Positions 42,281-52,741 are shown, numbered from the stretch's first letter. The stretch is DNA of 64,000 bases from an uncultured Methanosarcinaceae archaeon (GCA_963721455.1 CAVRJG010000033.1:32001-96000); one strand, 5' to 3'. Numbers and translations: made by a program. Notes: generated by a model from the letters alone, not told the origin.

Positions 42281-42340
42281 GTAGAAGTCATCAGCGTAAG
42301 CGGTTTAGACTGAAGAGTCCAGGCGGACTTCATCACCTAT
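42281..42340 (-). ncRNA. Fluoride riboswitch (crcB motif)
   Basis: The minus strand reads GGTGATGAAGTCCGCC...AAACCGC...GCTGATGACTTCTAC, with the pseudoknot pairing GAAGTC/GACTTC, directly upstream of crcB. Confidence 0.88.
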
Positions 42341-43258
42341 AGGATACCTTTTTCCTGCCATTAAATAAATAGTTTATGAAAACATGAAACTGTGGGAAAT
42401 CTTAGAAATTTACGGTGAAAAAATTCAGATACTCAGCCTATGAATATTCATGCAATGTTTCCCCTATCTATCACTTTTTTAAACTTGTCTGCTTTCCAGA
42501 TTAGAGATGTAAAATTAAAGCTCTCTTTTACTGGTTAGTATATAAAAAAGAAATGTTAGTATCTAACCCTCAAGACGTTTTTGATATCATCTAATATATA
42601 AGTCCTTTATATAAGTCGTTTAGTGAGCTTATTACTGGTGTTTTTTAACATCGACGTGTATTTTGGATAGAAAAACTGGAAAAAAGAGAAAAAGAAAAGA
42701 GAACATGGAGGGGATAAATTTTCTCTTTTCTCGTCAAAACAGTAAACTTTCCCATCATTTAAAAAACTTTTGAGAGTTTATTTTACATTGTCCGGAAGCT
42801 TCATAAATTCAAAGAGATGGTTAAAGAACTGAAGAAACTGAAAAAATTCTTTATTAGCTGGTCTGGAAACTAGGAAAACCGCCCTTAATAACCGATGCCG
42901 AACAGCAGGAAACTTCAGGAAAAGTCGAACGATTCTAAGCTTTCTTGGTAAAGAGGAGAAAGTGGCAAACTCAAACGGTGGAAAATTGGAGCAGCTAACG
43001 GATAAAAAAATCGTTTTCCGGTTCTGGGGGACTACCAGCCTTCAATGTTCAAAAGAGCTCGATGCTGTTAAGAAACCGGGTAGAAAGAAACTGGTCCTTT
43101 CCTGAACAGCTTTCTTTACAGTTTTTCGTAGCTCACCTCGTGATTGATGATTTTAGTCAATACATGAAACTATCTGGATTTATAGTAAAAGATGGTGGTA
43201 TAAAAGTATCCACCCTTTTCTTTGAAAAAATGCAATGTAACCATCGTGAGATCTCCTT

Positions 43259-46069
43259 TTATTCGGTTCTCCCTCGACGTATGACGATTTTGCTTAATTC
43301 GCGCAGCCACAGCACCGAACTCGCCACTGCTGCGCAGAGTAGCCAATCGCCAGGGCTCAAGCTCACGGTCGAAAATGCCTGTTGCAGAAACGGGATGTAA
43401 ACAACCGCCACCTGCAACAAAAGAGACAACATGACCGCTCCCCACAGCCATTTGTTTGAGAACAATCCAGCGAATGCGCTCTGCTTATCCGAACGCGCAT
43501 TGAAAACGACGAAAAGCGAAAAGAAAACCACTGTGGTAAAGGCCATTGTCTGCGCATAACGCAGGTTGCCTGAGCCTTCGATCAAACCCCCCGGTAGACT
43601 GGCATCCAGTATGAGCAGTGTCCCAGCTGCCATGATTACACCTGTAAAGAGGTTGCCAGCCCACATGCTACGGGTGATCACCCCTTCTTCCCGCGGGCGC
43701 GGCGGTTCTTTCATTAGTCCCGGATCCGCCGGGTCAACGCCGAGCGCGAGTGCGGGTGGGCCGTCCGAGATAAGGTTGATCCACAGGATCTGAGTCGCCA
43801 GCAACGGCAGCACTATCCCGGCTCCACCTTCTGCAGTCAGCCCTATCACGTCCGCCAGCAGAATGCCGAAAAACATTATCATCACTTCCCCAAGGTTTGA
43901 GGAAAGCAGATATCGCAAGAACTTACGGATATTAGAAAAGATAGCGCGCCCTTCTTCGACAGCCCCGACAATGGTCGCGAAATTGTCGTCCGCGAGCACA
44001 ACGTCGGAGGCTTCTTTGGAAACATCCGTTCCAGTAATGCCCATCGCCACTCCGATATCGGCAGTTTTCAAAGCTGGCGCATCGTTGACCCCGTCGCCCG
44101 TCATCGCCACAATCGCCCCTCCGCGTTGTAACGCTTTCACGATCCGAAGTTTATGTTCGGGATTGACGCGCGCATAAACCGACACTTTTTGAACAGTCTG
44201 GGCAAGCGTTTCCTCAGACATTTTCTCAAGCTCGGTACCCGTAACAGCCTGCCCTTCAGTGGGAATGCCGAGTTCTTCAGCAATGACTGTAGCAGTTTTA
44301 GGATGATCGCCTGTAATCATTATCGGGCGAACACCCGCGGCCATCGCGCGCGCAACTGCATCCTTCGCTTCCCTGCGCGGCGGATCAATCATACCGATCA
44401 ATCCAAGGAAGACGAGGTCTTTCTCGACATCCTCATCTAACTCTTCCTGCTTAAACGCGTCCTTCGGCAGCGTGCGGAAAGCGACCGCGAGTGTTCGTAG
44501 AGCTTCGCCGGCCAGTTCTTCATTGCTCTTCAAAATTTCAGCGCTACGTTCCGCAGTCAGGGGTTTGATCTCGTCTCCTACAAGCTCCTGTGTACAGCGG
44601 GCAAGCAATACATCCGGTGCACCTTTGGTGAAGGCGAGCAGCCTTTCCTCTTGCTCGGCATCACTATGAACCGTGCTCATCAGTTTGCGCTCCGACGAGA
44701 AAGGCACTTCTCCGACGCGTTCCAGCCGCGCATTGAGCGCCTCAGCTTCCAGGCCGGCTTTGCGCGCCGCGACGATCAATGCTCCTTCGGTCGGGTCGCC
44801 ATGTACCGCCCAGCGCCCATCGCGCTCATGTAGCACGGCGTTGCTAGCGCGGTCGGCGGCTGCAAGCGCACGTACAAACTCGAACTGGAGCGCCCCATCA
44901 ATCTTCCCTCCTCCCTCCCTGCGCACATCACCTTCGGGGGCATAACCCGTACCTTCAAAATTGACGCGCCCGCTAGCGGTGACGACCGCAAGTACAGTCA
45001 TCTCGTTCTTCGTGAGCGTGCCCGTTTTATCAGAGGCGATGATATTCGCCGAGCCGAGAGTTTCGACAGCCGCGAGATGGCGTACAATGGCATTTTTCCG
45101 CGCCATGCGCTGCACACCGAGAGAGAGCACGACTGTCACCACCGCAGGCAAGCTTTCCGGCACCGCCGCGACCGCAAGCGCCACCCCTAAAATGAGCACG
45201 TCAAAAAGGGCTGAGAAACCTCTCACGTCTTCGACCAGGATGATCGTTGTGATTATCACGACGGCAATGACGATAACGACGCTCCCTAGCAGTTTACCAA
45301 CGCGGTGAAGTTCCTTTTGTAGCGGGGTAGATTCTATCGGCGTTTCTTTGAGCATCCCGGCAATGCGTCCCATCTCGGTCTGCATTCCAGTTGCTGTGAC
45401 CACTGCACGCCCGTGCCCGTAAACAGCCACAGTGCCGCTAAAGATCATATTATCGCGGTCGCCGAGCCCGACCTCTTCTGCAATTGACAGGTTATCCTTC
45501 AAGACCGGCAGGCTCTCGCCTGTCAGTGCCGCCTCGGCCGTTTGAAGCACAGTTGACTGAATCACTCGAGCATCCGCCGGGACAGTGTTGCCTTCTTCAA
45601 TGATGATAATGTCGCCGGGCACGACCTCAGTTGCCGGAATGCTCTGCCGCGTTCCGTCCCGAATAACACTGGCTTGTGCCGCCGTCATCTGGCGCAGCGC
45701 AGCCATTGCTTCCTCCGCTCGTGACTGCTGAATATAGCCCATGATCGCATTGAGCAGTACGACAGCGAAGATAGCAATCGCTTCGTAAGGTAATGCCGAA
45801 TCGCGCTCATACAGCCACAGTCCTGCCGAAATTATTGTTGCGATAAGCAGCAGGACAACGAGCACATCTTGAAACTGCGCCAGGAATTTTCTCCACGCAG
45901 GCACGGGCTTCTCTGCCATTAATTCATTCTTGCCGTACCTGTCGAGCCGCGCCCGCACCTCCCCTTCGCTCAAGCCGCTCCGTGCATCCGTATCGAACGC
46001 GGTTAATACTTCATTAACAGGCTGTCGATAAGGGATAATCTGATCTCGCTGAATGGTCATGGTGCTCAT
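43259..46069 (-). CDS. Cation-translocating P-type ATPase (type IIA, Ca2+/Mn2+-like)
   Basis: [41 protein letters not shown] and QILWINL. Confidence 0.92.
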   Translation of the reverse strand: MSTMTIQRDQIIPYRQPVNEVLTAFDTDARSGLSEGEVRARLDRYGKNELMAEKPVPAWRKFLAQFQDVLVVLLLIATIISAGLWLYERDSALPYEAIAIFAVVLLNAIMGYIQQSRAEEAMAALRQMTAAQASVIRDGTRQSIPATEVVPGDIIIIEEGNTVPADARVIQSTVLQTAEAALTGESLPVLKDNLSIAEEVGLGDRDNMIFSGTVAVYGHGRAVVTATGMQTEMGRIAGMLKETPIESTPLQKELHRVGKLLGSVVIVIAVVIITTIILVEDVRGFSALFDVLILGVALAVAAVPESLPAVVTVVLSLGVQRMARKNAIVRHLAAVETLGSANIIASDKTGTLTKNEMTVLAVVTASGRVNFEGTGYAPEGDVRREGGGKIDGALQFEFVRALAAADRASNAVLHERDGRWAVHGDPTEGALIVAARKAGLEAEALNARLERVGEVPFSSERKLMSTVHSDAEQEERLLAFTKGAPDVLLARCTQELVGDEIKPLTAERSAEILKSNEELAGEALRTLAVAFRTLPKDAFKQEELDEDVEKDLVFLGLIGMIDPPRREAKDAVARAMAAGVRPIMITGDHPKTATVIAEELGIPTEGQAVTGTELEKMSEETLAQTVQKVSVYARVNPEHKLRIVKALQRGGAIVAMTGDGVNDAPALKTADIGVAMGITGTDVSKEASDVVLADDNFATIVGAVEEGRAIFSNIRKFLRYLLSSNLGEVMIMFFGILLADVIGLTAEGGAGIVLPLLATQILWINLISDGPPALALGVDPADPGLMKEPPRPREEGVITRSMWAGNLFTGVIMAAGTLLILDASLPGGLIEGSGNLRYAQTMAFTTVVFFSLFVVFNARSDKQSAFAGLFSNKWLWGAVMLSLLLQVAVVYIPFLQQAFSTVSLSPGDWLLCAAVASSVLWLRELSKIVIRRGRTE

Positions 46070-46070
46070 C

Positions 46071-46136
46071 TTAAATCCTTTTTCGCTTGCCTTGGGGCTT
46101 CATGAGTGCGTTCATCAGCGGGTGTGCGGTGCTCAT
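46071..46136 (-). CDS. Putative 21-aa upstream ORF/leader peptide of the P-type ATPase
   Basis: AGGAG RBS, MSTAHPLMNALMKPQGKRKRI*, stop 1 nt before the ATPase ATG. Confidence 0.4.
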   Translation of the reverse strand: MSTAHPLMNALMKPQGKRKRI

Positions 46137-46392
46137 GATATTCTCCTGTCGATCAAACATTTTTTGGATTCATCCACCTGCATCATATGGGAATGAAGGA
46201 TATTTCATCGAAAAGCAATATCAAACGTAAGAAGAGTGTTAGAAATAAATAGTCAGCATTAATACAGGCATAATAGATCAGTGCTTACAGATGTTATCAT
46301 GATGGTCATAATTTTCGAGCGTAATCCTCTTTGATCCTTCATCAACAGAACCGAAAAATATTAAATATCTGCTGAAAATGAAATACGGAGAA

Positions 46393-46653
46393 TTAATATC
46401 TCCGAATGTATTGTTTAAAATAAGCTTCCTCAATCGGACTTTTCTTTTTCTCTGCGGTGCTGATCCCGAGAATGGAATACGGAGTGCAGTGTTTCAGGAT
46501 TGAACTAAAGAGTCCCGTAAAAGCAATCGCTGCAATAATCCACTTCCAGGGAGACCTTTTTACAAGGCCCGTTGAAAGCGCGATAATTGCAAGTGTTCCA
46601 AATGTGGTTCGGAACAGGAGATCAAAGCCTCCTACATTTTCTTCCAGAAACAA
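46393..46653 (-). CDS. DUF2892 (YgaP-like) membrane protein
   Basis: NVGGFDLLFR...HCTPYSILGIST. Confidence 0.78.
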   Translation of the reverse strand: MFLEENVGGFDLLFRTTFGTLAIIALSTGLVKRSPWKWIIAAIAFTGLFSSILKHCTPYSILGISTAEKKKSPIEEAYFKQYIRRY

Positions 46654-46880
46654 TTTTTTGAGATTCGTCGGACAAAACCCCCTTATAAACCCTCTTACAT
46701 ATTATAGATCCCTTCAATATATAGCGTTATTCTGTTAAGATTCGTTAAGATTCTGTTAAGATTCTGTTTATATTTCGCTTGCTAAAAGCCCCTTAAATAA
46801 AATATGCAAAACTTCCCTGAAAAGATTCGATATCCGGAAAATAACAAAATATATAACAAGAGATGAGAAGGTTTCTAACT

Positions 46881-48155
46881 ATGCCCGAAATAAAAATTGA
46901 CAGGTCTCTCTCATATCTCGAAGGTACGCAGCGAGTATATGACGAAGCCACAACTCTGGAAAACACCAAAGACCAGATAAAAAAGATAGGTGTTACCCGA
47001 ATTGCAGACATTACAAACCTGGACAGGCTGGGAATCCCTATTTTCTCGGCAATCCGCCCCAGTGCCGCAAAGGGAGCGATCAGCATCTACTCAGGCAAGG
47101 GCTCGACCCAGCAGAGAGCCCGGATTTCGGCGATAATGGAGAGTTTTGAGCGTTGCCTTGCAGAAAGGCCGGGCCTGAACTCAAACATTTCAGGCAGCAT
47201 TTCCGCCCCGGCACTGGTGGAATCCTATGCCGGCGCCATAGAAAAATGCAGCGTGCTTGACCCAAAAGCCCTGCTTCTGCCCCAGCCCTATACTCCCCAA
47301 TCCCTGATGGAATGGGTTGGAGCGTACGATTTGATGAACAGGGAAGAAGTTTTCGTAAGCGCCAATGCGGTTTACCACCCCTATGACTCGCCGGGACAGT
47401 GCCAAAAACTTTTCCTGAGCAATACCAATGGGCTGGCGTCCGGAAACGTAATTGAGGAAGCCATTCTGCATGGGATGCTCGAGGTCATAGAAAGGGACGC
47501 GATCAGCACGGCCCAGTTTTCCCGCAACCTGGGAAAGGAAATCGTGCTGACTGAAGAAGATGGGTACCTGTACGAACTTGCCAGAAAGTTCAAAGATGAA
47601 GGAATAGAACTGAAGGTATGGCTGGTTCCCTCAGACACAGGGATTCCGACAGTAATTGCGGCAACTGATGATGTAAAATTGAAGGATCCGGCTCTCCTTG
47701 TCATGGGGGCAGGCTCCCACCTGAAACCTGAAATTGCAGTTGCCAGAGCCATAACCGAAGCCGCCCAGTCGCGGGTAGTCCAGATTCAGGGAGCAAGGGA
47801 AGATACGGACAGGGAAGGCTTTATCCGGAGTGTAGGATATGACCGGATGAAGCGCCTGAACTGGTTCTGGTTCGAAGACGGAGAAAAAGTATCCCTTTCT
47901 GAAGTGCAGGATCTGTCCAGGGGAAGTCCGGCAGAAAACATAGACGTGATACTCGAAAAACTCAATGGCCTTGCCGAAAGAGTGCTGGTAGTAGACCTCT
48001 CAAGGGAAGAAGTCGCAGTGCCGGTTGTCAGGGTAATCATCCCCGGATTTGAGCTTTTCACTATTGACCGCGACCGCAAAGGAAAAAGGATCAATTCCGG
48101 AAAGAAGAAAGACTTTTCAAGAGACCGAAACGAAAAACCGTGGAAAAGAAGATGA
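46881..48155 (+). CDS. ycaO: YcaO (McrA glycine thioamidation)
   Basis: GVTRIADITNLDRLGIP, SNTNGLASGN, EVIERDA, AITEAAQSR and VVRVIIPGFE. Followed by tfuA. Confidence 0.93.
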   Translation: MPEIKIDRSLSYLEGTQRVYDEATTLENTKDQIKKIGVTRIADITNLDRLGIPIFSAIRPSAAKGAISIYSGKGSTQQRARISAIMESFERCLAERPGLNSNISGSISAPALVESYAGAIEKCSVLDPKALLLPQPYTPQSLMEWVGAYDLMNREEVFVSANAVYHPYDSPGQCQKLFLSNTNGLASGNVIEEAILHGMLEVIERDAISTAQFSRNLGKEIVLTEEDGYLYELARKFKDEGIELKVWLVPSDTGIPTVIAATDDVKLKDPALLVMGAGSHLKPEIAVARAITEAAQSRVVQIQGAREDTDREGFIRSVGYDRMKRLNWFWFEDGEKVSLSEVQDLSRGSPAENIDVILEKLNGLAERVLVVDLSREEVAVPVVRVIIPGFELFTIDRDRKGKRINSGKKKDFSRDRNEKPWKRR

Positions 48156-48811
48156 AGGCAAGAGCGGTAATCTTTACAGGTAACAGCATCAGCCATGAGG
48201 ACGCAAAAAAAGTCCTCAGGGCAAACTACCAGCCTCCTGTACGCAGATTCCAGCTTGAAAAATTCGTCCAGAAAGGGTATAAGGTCATAGGAATAATAGA
48301 CGGGATCTTTTTTGACCGGGCTGCTGTAGGGCACAGGGAGATCATGTCCGCCCTTGATGCAGGAGTAAAGGTAGTCGGGGGAGCCAGCATGGGAGCCCTC
48401 AGGGCCTCGGAACTGGATACCCACGGGATGGTAGGAGTGGGAAAGGTTTACGAATGGTACAGGGACGGTGTAATTGAATCCGATGATGAGGTAGCCGTAA
48501 GCACAAACCCTGATACTTTCGAACCTATTTCCGTACCCCTTGTCAATATCAGGGAAACCCTGAGAGCCGCGCTCGAATCAGGACTTGTAAGCGAAAAAGA
48601 GCAATCTGCCCTTCTGGACCTTGCGATTAACACGTATTATCAGGACAGAAGCTATTTCGGGCTTGTAAAAGAAGGGACTAGAAAAGGCCTGATCCCGGAA
48701 GAGAAGGGAAAAAACCTGTTCGAGTTCTGCACCAAAAATGAAGTTGACGTAAAAAGGCAAGATGCAATCCTTGTGCTCGAAACCATAAAAAAGCTGGTTG
48801 AAGAGGCCTGA
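48152..48811 (+). CDS. tfuA: TfuA (McrA glycine thioamidation partner)
   Basis: IIDGIF...VGHREI, GGASMGALRASEL and DDEVA. ATGA overlap with ycaO. Confidence 0.93.
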   Translation: MKARAVIFTGNSISHEDAKKVLRANYQPPVRRFQLEKFVQKGYKVIGIIDGIFFDRAAVGHREIMSALDAGVKVVGGASMGALRASELDTHGMVGVGKVYEWYRDGVIESDDEVAVSTNPDTFEPISVPLVNIRETLRAALESGLVSEKEQSALLDLAINTYYQDRSYFGLVKEGTRKGLIPEEKGKNLFEFCTKNEVDVKRQDAILVLETIKKLVEEA

Positions 48812-48892
48812 AACTTAAGGTCTCTTCAAATCAGCGGTTTCGGCTCTTCAAACCTTTTTTATTAGCGTGAGTTAAAAAAATCGTGGCTATAC

Positions 48893-49591
48893 CTACCAGA
48901 TTAACGGAATTAACCTGTAACGAGTTTTTTGACAGTATTCTTTATAACCAGGTAAGTTTTTGTAGAGAAACTTTTCTTCATCAAGAAGTCTCCAGACTAT
49001 GATCAGTGTGAGGGGAACGAGTATGAGCAGCCCCCACCACGAGCCGAGCGCAAGAGGAGTGCCTGAAAGCATAATGAGACCACCTGTGTACATAGGGTGG
49101 CGGACCATGCTATAAGGTCCCGTTGTTATTACTTTTTGATCGGGGAATACTTCAATGGTCGCAGCAGCAAAGGTGTTTTCTTTGAAAACGAGAAAGACGA
49201 GGAAAAATCCAAGAGCTACAAGGACGTCTCCCACAATAACAATATAGAGCGGAACATTCGACCACCTGGAACGGTGATCAAATGCCGGAATAACGAGAAG
49301 GGCAAAAAAGCATATGGAAGCAAACAGTTGTATGATCTTCTGAGTTTTCTCTTTCTCAGCTTCAGGTCCCGCCTTAACCCTGCGTTCCAAAAGTTTCGGG
49401 TCTTTTTTCCACAAATAAATAGTGATCACCGCTGTTGACACAACAAAGATAATCAAATAAACCCATGCCTGCCAGAAATTAAATGACCAGGCAGGGGCAA
49501 AAAGGAATAGCCCCAACATGACAATAAGCTGAACGAAGCCGAAAAGAGTTTTTCTTTTCAGATCGTAACTGCTTTTGTCAATAGCATTCAT
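48893..49591 (-). CDS. Isoprenylcysteine carboxyl methyltransferase family membrane protein
   Basis: VITTGPYSMVRHPMYTG, EEKFL and YCQKTRYRLIP. Confidence 0.88.
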   Translation of the reverse strand: MNAIDKSSYDLKRKTLFGFVQLIVMLGLFLFAPAWSFNFWQAWVYLIIFVVSTAVITIYLWKKDPKLLERRVKAGPEAEKEKTQKIIQLFASICFFALLVIPAFDHRSRWSNVPLYIVIVGDVLVALGFFLVFLVFKENTFAAATIEVFPDQKVITTGPYSMVRHPMYTGGLIMLSGTPLALGSWWGLLILVPLTLIIVWRLLDEEKFLYKNLPGYKEYCQKTRYRLIPLIW

Positions 49592-49846
49592 CTTATTAAT
49601 TCCGTTATTAAAACGTAAAACGCTTTTGCAATCTTTGCCATAGTTTGAACTCCTGGCTTATTAACAACACTCCAAACCATTTTGCAATTATGCTCTCTGG
49701 CATTTATCTTTCGGAACTGCTGTCTGCACCGAACTTTATTTCAGGACAAAAAGTTCCACATTCTAAAGCATGGCGAGTATATTTCTTGAATCGATCTCAT
49801 TTTCTCGAATCGACCTCATATTTCCTTTACCCTTTCGCGGAGTCCT

Positions 49847-50104
49847 TCAACGCCTTACAATGTAGAGCCTGATGATGTACAGGCTTACAATCAGGACAAT
49901 GAAATTATAAACTGCCCTGAAAATGGGGGTATACTGATACTCGAACCACATCTCGATTATCTGCTCTATGGAAAAATAGAGCTGGAAGGTAGCCACAAAC
50001 GATAGCAACATGGCAATGAGGAAAACTCCTTTTTTAAAGTTCTCCCCCATGTCTGACAGTTTTTCCCCTTTTGTTTCTGGCCTCATATCTGCTGCTTCAC
50101 TCAC
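49847..50104 (-). CDS. Small membrane protein, co-transcribed with the PGF-CTERM gene
   Basis: Two TM helices. GTGA overlap with the upstream stop. Confidence 0.7.
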   Translation of the reverse strand: MSEAADMRPETKGEKLSDMGENFKKGVFLIAMLLSFVATFQLYFSIEQIIEMWFEYQYTPIFRAVYNFIVLIVSLYIIRLYIVRR

Positions 50105-51069
50105 CCAAACCGCCTCCTGAGAACTGCTGCCGAACAGAGCAGGACTGCAGACAATAACAGGCCGAATCCTGGTGTTGCACTTTCTCCTTTTGTAGCTCCC
50201 TCTTCCGGTGCCATTCTATTATCCTCCACGTTTTCGAATTCGCTTGTCTGGATCTTCCGAGCTTCAGTGGTATTTCTGTTCTTAACCTCAACGGTGGGGC
50301 TTAGGTGGATGTAGTCTTCTCCACGCTTGACTATAGTATCATTATTCCAGATCAGGACTTCGACAACGTAGTTGTACTGGTCAGGCATTGTCAGATTGAC
50401 ACTCTGGATGACTGTTGTCTGGGGCTTGATTGCTCCTGTCTGGACCCAGACCTTATCTGCAAGAAGCCCGGCATCCATTTCGCGGACTTTAATCAGCATG
50501 CGGAAGTCCTGGCTTGTTTCTTTCCCCTCATTTGTCAGGTAGATGTCGTTTTCAATGAGAACTTTCCCGCTTTTTACTTCCCGAACCTTGAAGTCCATTT
50601 CGGAAATCTCAAGCCCTATATCCTGCACATCTGCAGGCAGAGAATCCAGGTTGTAAATATTGATTTCCCCCTTGCTCTTCTGGGTATTTTCTTCAAAAAT
50701 AACGGAACGAATATCGTATCCTCCGGTTTTAGGGAGGCTCAGGGTCTGGCTTACAGCTTTAGTTTCTCCTTTTTCTAAAACCCCGAGTTCCAGCTCTTTC
50801 TGCACTTCAAGCAGCCCGCTTTCCCTGCTATACGCTTTAAGGAGAAGAGAAGTGTTTTTTGCTGTGCGTCCTTCGTTTTTCTCAATGTATGTTGTGACAT
50901 TGAGATCTACGAAAGCAGTTCCTACACGGTCTGCCGAGATGTCCATATCTATGATATTGTAATAGCTTTCTTCTTCAAAACTCCGGACGCAGCCGCTTCC
51001 GAAAACGAAGGTGATAATAAAAAACATTAAAAATAAGGTTTGAACTGGCTTAATTCCCAGTTTTTTCAA
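50101..51069 (-). CDS. Cell-surface (lipo)protein with PGF-CTERM archaeosortase signal
   Basis: Lipobox-like FGSGC and C-terminal TPGFG + TM + RRR. Confidence 0.82.
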   Translation of the reverse strand: MKKLGIKPVQTLFLMFFIITFVFGSGCVRSFEEESYYNIIDMDISADRVGTAFVDLNVTTYIEKNEGRTAKNTSLLLKAYSRESGLLEVQKELELGVLEKGETKAVSQTLSLPKTGGYDIRSVIFEENTQKSKGEINIYNLDSLPADVQDIGLEISEMDFKVREVKSGKVLIENDIYLTNEGKETSQDFRMLIKVREMDAGLLADKVWVQTGAIKPQTTVIQSVNLTMPDQYNYVVEVLIWNNDTIVKRGEDYIHLSPTVEVKNRNTTEARKIQTSEFENVEDNRMAPEEGATKGESATPGFGLLLSAVLLCSAAVLRRRFG

Positions 51070-51220
51070 GATCGGCCCTCCTCTGTGTTAATAATATCTG
51101 AAAGTATATGTTATTTGCCTTCATGAACACTTCTTCCTTTTCTTGGAAAATTATTGGATGAAAATTATTAATATGAACACATCGATATTCAGATAGGGAG
51201 TAAAATGAGGTGGTCAGAGC

Positions 51221-51298
51221 ATGGAGAGCAAGCCTTATAGAAAGATTCTAATCGCGGCATGTGGCTCTGAAAGTGCCAGAAAAACAGCAAGCCTGTAA
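51221..51298 (+). pseudogene. Internally deleted usp gene (paralogue of 52289..52741)
   Basis: MESKPYRKILIAACGSESARKTASL* joins the N-terminus and last codons of the intact copy. Flanking sequences are homologous. Confidence 0.75.
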
Positions 51299-51352
51299 AA
51301 GGATGAAAATCCGGAATATAGGGATAATAAATCCAGAACATGAGGGGTAGTT

Positions 51353-51847
51353 ATGGAAGAGACTATTGAGATGAAATCTAAACCACGCAGACAGATTTTG
51401 ATCGCTATCGACGGCTCAGAAACCGCAAAAGAAGCAGCAGATTTCGGAGTAGAAATGGTTGGGTGCAGTGGGGCAAAGGTCTATGTCATATATGTTATTG
51501 AAACAACACCTTATCGCTCAGTTCCGCTGGATCAAATCTGGTCAAACAGTGTGCTTGAAGAATACGAGAAAGAAGGGCATGAAGCAACCTCTTATGTGGA
51601 GAAGATTGCAAAAGATGCGGGAATGGAAGTTGAATCCAGGGTGCTTAAAGGAAATCCGGCTGAAAAGATTGTGACTTTTGCAGAAGATAATAATATCGAT
51701 ATGATCATAATGGGATCGCTTGGAAAAGGCGGATATGAGCGTCTTGTAATGGGAAGTGTATCTGAAAAAGTCATGAGACACGCAAAAATCCCGGTCCTGG
51801 TTGTCCGAAACCGACATAAAAGTGAGAAAAAGTTGATACAAGAATAA
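51353..51847 (+). CDS. Universal stress protein
   Basis: ILIAIDGSE and MGSLGKGGYERLVMGSVSEKVMRHAKIPVLVVR. Confidence 0.92.
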   Translation: MEETIEMKSKPRRQILIAIDGSETAKEAADFGVEMVGCSGAKVYVIYVIETTPYRSVPLDQIWSNSVLEEYEKEGHEATSYVEKIAKDAGMEVESRVLKGNPAEKIVTFAEDNNIDMIIMGSLGKGGYERLVMGSVSEKVMRHAKIPVLVVRNRHKSEKKLIQE

Positions 51848-51944
51848 TCAGTCCTGAATAGATAAATGAAACAATCGGATTCTGTTAGAGTGAGATCGTT
51901 GAATTAAAGCATTAGCTTAAAACGGTTTAAATAAAGAGGGGAGT

Positions 51945-52100
51945 ATAGGAGAGATTTTTACAAAAATCCTGTTCTCAACCGATGGTTCTGAAAATTCAAA
52001 AAACACAGCTTTCTTAGAGCTTAAAATTGCAAAAAGGACTGGAGATGTGGTCTATACCATCTACATTGCCTGCATCTCCTGCTGTTCTCCTATTATGTTC
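51945..52100 (+). pseudogene. Truncated usp remnant (paralogue of 53823..54260)
   Basis: Reads KILFSTDGSENSKNTAFLELKIAKRTGDVVYTIYIACISCCSPIM, matching the N-terminus of the intact copy. No proper start. Confidence 0.7.
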
Positions 52101-52288
52101 CATTGCGGTACACCTGATTTCCGGTTTTCCCAGGTGATATCATCCCTCCAGTTAAAAACAATATTTTGAAGTGTATGTTCTTTTGCTTCCGAAGGTGTTT
52201 CGTCCTTTCATTAGGAAGTATTGAATGAAAATTATTAATATGAACACATGGATATTCAGATATGGGATAAAATTCGAGGGGTCAGGGT

Positions 52289-52741
52289 ATGGAGAGCAAG
52301 TTCTATAGAAAAATTATGATCGCAACCGACGGTTCTGAAAGCGCCAGATTCGCGGCAGATGCAGGAATTGAACTCGCTCGTCTCAGCGGGGCGAAAATCC
52401 AGGCAGTCTATGTTATTGATATTTTTGCTTATTTTTCGGTGCCGAAAGACCCAGGGTGGGAAGAGGTGATGTACGCCCAGTTCAGGGAGCTGGGTAGAGA
52501 AGCCGTCTCTTATGTTGAAACCGCGGCTGAAGATGCAGGGGTAGAGGCTGAAACCCTGATTCTTGAAGGGCACCCTGCAGAAAAGATCCTCAATTTTGCG
52601 GAAAAACAGGATATTGATATGATTGTAGTAGGCTCGCTCGGAAAAACAGATATTGAACGTTTCCTGATAGGCAGCGTATCCGAAAAAGTCGTCAGGAATG
52701 CAAAGGTCCCGGTCCTTGTCGTACGTGCAAAGAGCCTGTGA
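52289..52741 (+). CDS. Universal stress protein
   Basis: KIMIATDGS and VGSLGKTDIERFLIGSVSEKVVR. Confidence 0.92.
   Translation: MESKFYRKIMIATDGSESARFAADAGIELARLSGAKIQAVYVIDIFAYFSVPKDPGWEEVMYAQFRELGREAVSYVETAAEDAGVEAETLILEGHPAEKILNFAEKQDIDMIVVGSLGKTDIERFLIGSVSEKVVRNAKVPVLVVRAKSL

Noticed and set aside
42700-43250. Coding-like purine-rich stretch and ORF 43062..43400
   Set aside because: It has multiple stops and no recognisable family, and it overlaps the ATPase end. It may be a decayed gene, but I cannot support a call.
46881-48811. ycaO-tfuA as a novel RiPP/thioamide cluster
   Set aside because: This is the known methanogen pair for McrA glycine thioamidation, and no precursor peptide or tailoring genes are adjacent.
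48887-48895. TAG stop of the ICMT-family gene as a pyrrolysine readthrough site
   Set aside because: It falls at the family's normal C-terminus (RLIPLIW), and another TAG follows two codons later.
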